DNA from: Obrimoposthia wandeli
Lineage: Eukaryota
Assembly: GCA_977020255.1 (NCBI GenBank)
Contig: CDROCS010002686.1
Location: 248,001 to 312,000 of the forward strand
DNA length: 64,000 nt
Direction: 5' to 3'
Part shown: positions 61,085 through 64,000 of the stretch, one piece after another
Position numbering within the stretch: position 1 is the first letter of the stretch
How the letters are laid out: each line of letters begins with the position of its first letter
Position numbers and translations under genes: made by a program
Notes under the pieces: generated by a model
Databases searched by the model: none
What the model saw: the letters and a program-made list of their open reading frames with translations, nothing else
What the model was told of the DNA's origin: nothing

Positions 61085-61537
61085 TTAAAACATAAAAATA
61101 TGAGCACGTTCAATTTTCTACAAAGGCAACTTTGTTCCCATTTCATCTTTCTTGTAACCATAAAGTCGAATTGTTACAGTCCATTGCTTCTTTTTCGGAA
61201 ACACATCAACATCTATTTCTCTTCCATAGTCATCTAGAAATGCTGCATCGGCTCCTCGGATATAAAGTTCGTTCTTATTGAAAGTAAAATTCGGAACTGC
61301 CTTTTCAATTTTCTGTTTAAGATATTGAAAATCTGGTTTTTGAATATTTGATAGATAATAGCTGAACTTTCTTCTTTCAATTGTCACAGGATTTACTAAA
61401 GCAATCAGTTAAGCCTTCTTCAAGAATCTAACTTTGTATTTGAAATATTGTTTCACTTCTTCATACATATCTTTATCCGATTCTTCAAACATTTCTAAAT
61501 CTTCGTCACCGCTTAATATCCGTTGGCTATCGTCCAT
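61085..61537 (-). pseudogene. ORF-B copy 2 (150 codons, no frameshift, two nonsense changes)
   Basis: CAA>TAA at KKAQ and TGG>TAG at LPMW relative to copy 1. Confidence 0.8.
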
Positions 61538-61815
61538 CATTGATAATTGTCTTTGATATGAATGCATTTACTGTGATTTGTCCTGCAATGGCGCATTCTT
61601 TTATACTAATTTCTAACAAAGACATGAATCTCATTGGTTAATATAACTAAAGCATTGACTTTGATTATACTAAATCCATATTAAAAATCAAATTTTATTT
61701 GAAGAAATATATCATCCAATTATAATAGGTTTGCAAGATAATTACAAGAAACGTGCAATAAAAAGCAGGTTCTGACATATATAAAGAAGATTTTACAGAA
61801 TACAATTTTAGTCTA

Positions 61816-62316
61816 ATGAAACTCGCAAATATGAATTATAAAGGTAGAATAGAAGATGATGTTTTGTACTTACCATTCAATGAATGGAAGCCGAGACAAT
61901 ATGTGAAAAAGTTTGACAATTTCACAGTTGTTATTTTTCCTACAGGTTAGTTTTTTATTTTATTTTCACATTGAATTCTTTTAGGAAATTGTCGTGTTAT
62001 GGGATGCAAAATACCAATGCTTGAGTTCCAATTACCAATTGGATTTCGAATCACTGCAATACAATCAATCACAATTTCGGCTAATCTTGGGAAACAGATA
62101 AATCTTTTTAAAACTGCAGAGAAAATGAAAGAAGAATGCATGTTTGAACCAGAAATTTTTCCTGCTCTCAGTTATTTGAAGTTTAAACCGCTATGTCTAA
62201 ATATATTTTCCAGTGGTAAAGTTATGATATTGGGGTTGAAAAACTTTGATTATCCAGACATTGTTGATTTGATTTTAGAAAATATATCTTATTACATCTT
62301 GTTATCTTTTCTATAA
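61816..62316 (+). CDS. TBP-like protein, intact, 153 aa, exons 61816-61945 and 61985-62316
   Basis: No stop after splicing the 39-nt GTTAGT..TTTTAG intron; two TBP repeats. Confidence 0.85.
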
Positions 62317-62344
62317 ACAAACCCGTTTAAACTTATTTTTTCAA

Positions 62345-62617
62345 ATGAATAATACTATAAATAGAGACAATGAAGTGAATCGGCTTGCCGATGAAATATT
62401 TTCTGGAAAAATTAGGGGTAAACAAATTTTATCAGAATTTAAAAATAATGAGATAACAAGAGATAACATTGAAATATTGGTTAGATCACATGTTATTCGA
62501 GAATTTAGAAATCGTACACAAATAAATAAAATTATAGCCAAATATTCATTAATTAATTTTTGTATTTCATCTACAATAGCTCTAACATTGTACATTTCAA
62601 TAAGGAAACTTCTATGA
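62345..62617 (+). CDS. 90-aa C-terminally hydrophobic protein, copy 2
   Basis: Intact; three substitutions versus copy 1. Confidence 0.7.
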   Translation: MNNTINRDNEVNRLADEIFSGKIRGKQILSEFKNNEITRDNIEILVRSHVIREFRNRTQINKIIAKYSLINFCISSTIALTLYISIRKLL

Positions 62618-62654
62618 TAATATAAACAATATTAAAAATGAAAGAGTATATGCA

Positions 62655-63263
62655 ATGGAGCTAAATAATAATGCTGTATTTCAAATAGTTGGTCCCAGTG
62701 GAAGTGGAAAGACACATTTTGTATGTAAATTGTTGCAAAATGAATCTATTTTCAAATCTAGTTTCAAAAATATTTATTGGCATCATGGTGGAGGAGGGGA
62801 AAGCGGATTAACCAAAACAGAAGTTTGCAAGTTGAAGGGTATAAAATTTATTGAAGGATTTGATGCAAATTGGTGGGAAAGATTGAAAAAAGAAGATGTA
62901 ATAATAATTGATGATTTGTATGAGGAGGCTAACAAGGAATCTGACTTTAATAATTTATTTACAAAGAATGCAAGACATCGTGAAGTAACAGTTATATTTA
63001 TCACTCAAAATCTTTTTCACCAAGGAGGTCACCATAGAACAAGAAATCTTAATGTACATTACTTAGTTTTATTTAAAAATCCTAGAGAACAAACAGTTGT
63101 AGATTTCGAGGCCAGACAGGCATTTGCTCAAAATAAGAACTTTCTAGTTGATTCATTCCACGATGCTGCTAAACAAGCACATGGGTATATATTTATTGAC
63201 TTTACACAAGCTTGCTCAAATGATTTACGTGTTTTAACAGACATATTTAATTCTAATGAGTAA
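62655..63263 (+). CDS. Packaging ATPase, copy 2 (last ~13 aa lost by a 1-nt deletion)
   Basis: GPSGSGKT, IIIDDL, FKNPRE. Confidence 0.9.
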   Translation: MELNNNAVFQIVGPSGSGKTHFVCKLLQNESIFKSSFKNIYWHHGGGGESGLTKTEVCKLKGIKFIEGFDANWWERLKKEDVIIIDDLYEEANKESDFNNLFTKNARHREVTVIFITQNLFHQGGHHRTRNLNVHYLVLFKNPREQTVVDFEARQAFAQNKNFLVDSFHDAAKQAHGYIFIDFTQACSNDLRVLTDIFNSNE

Positions 63264-63479
63264 CTGTTTATAAACAAATAGTGAACAATTATAAAAAATA
63301 AATTTGCAATGCCATTTACGAAGTTGATAGTGAAACGTAAAGTAAAATCTAAGAAATCAAAAAAGAATCATTAAGAAAAAAGAAGCGAATAAATGAATCA
63401 AATCTGTAGTTAGAAATAAAATAAAACTTTAATGGCTACGAATATAAACAAAATTTAAATTTCAACCTTTTTTATTACA

Positions 63480-63809
63480 ATGAAGAAAATATAAAGAAGC
63501 ATACCATATTTTAAAGCTTTATTCAAAGCCTCTTCGCATAAGAGAATGATTATTCTTAAAGCATTTCCATCTTTTGTTGTAGATGATTTATTGAAAGTTT
63601 TGTATAATATAGTTTTGGGTCGAGTAAAAGTTGGAAATCGGAAAAATATATTAAAGTAATATAGAAAAACTCTTCTAGATATTGCTAATGTAAAAAGTAA
63701 AAAAAGGAAACGAAATATTATTCTTAAACAGAATGGTGGTTTCATAGGGGCTGTTATTCCAGTTGTTGCTTCAATTATCAGTAGTATTATAGCTGCGACA
63801 CGTTCATAA
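63480..63809 (+). pseudogene. pX/'gasderminX'-like gene, copy 2
   Basis: TAA at codon 5 and at 63657; KQNGGFIGAVIPVVASII retained. Confidence 0.7.
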
Positions 63810-63837
63810 ACAATTATTTATAAAATCAGTTAAAGAT

Positions 63838-64000
63838 ATGGGTACTAACCCTTCTTTACCTAAATTTAAATTGTCTTTCTATTCAAATTGTTGTAATGGA
63901 GAAGATATGGTTCAATCCAAAAGATCCAATTGGCTACACAGGAGTTTCAAAATTAGCAAAAAGAACAAAACAAAATTACAAGAAAACGCAGAAATGGCTA
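63838..64000 (+). CDS. MGxxxS/CC microprotein start (63838) overlapping the integrase start (63896), copy 2, partial
   Basis: MGTNPSLPKFKLSFYSNCCNG and MEKIWFNPKDPIG frames both open to the window end. Confidence 0.6.
   Translation, partial: MGTNPSLPKFKLSFYSNCCNGEDMVQSKRSNWLHRSFKISKKNKTKLQENAEMA

Larger units (their letters stand above)
60132..64000. mobile_element. Second Polinton copy, same family and orientation, truncated by the window end
   Basis: Starts AGTAGGTGGATGTGTCC after GGCCAC (different target site); colinear with 12209-16060, roughly 90-95% identical by eye. Confidence 0.95.

Overview
AT-rich eukaryotic (animal) genomic DNA, not prokaryotic; no CRISPR array, rRNA or tRNA gene was recognised. 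The main object is a full-length, decayed Polinton/Maverick (adintovirus-type) element at 12209-27159. It has AGTA...TACT termini, ~85-100 bp terminal inverted repeats and a perfect 6-bp target-site duplication (GTTGGG), and it sits inside a Tc1 fossil. It carries the expected core genes: packaging ATPase, integrase with chromodomain, minor capsid, pVII-like and pX-like proteins, a truncated major capsid and a protein-primed PolB. It also carries unexpected cargo: a spliced, minimal two-repeat TBP-like gene; a tandem pair of paralogous small proteins with a possible ssDNA-binding OB-fold pattern; an overprinted MGxxxS/CC microprotein; and a five-exon gene built from phase-0 exon repeats. PolB has a spliced low-complexity N-terminal extension and is interrupted by a 1.26-kb poly(A)-tailed insert bearing a non-LTR restriction-like endonuclease. 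A second, independently integrated copy starts at 60132 and runs off the window. An orphan left-end fragment lies at 10148-10565, and a PolB relic of a different Polinton family at ~250-1110. Host genes recognised: MRPL41 (one 37-nt intron) and a GC-rich, at least four-exon class A GPCR (36142-44656). The rest is dense TE debris (Tigger, Tc1/mariner, hAT, MULE, L2/CR1 LINE, LTR). The very short introns suggest a compact invertebrate genome (an orthonectid would fit), but host identity is inference only. All similarity calls are by eye from remembered family motifs; no database search was run.
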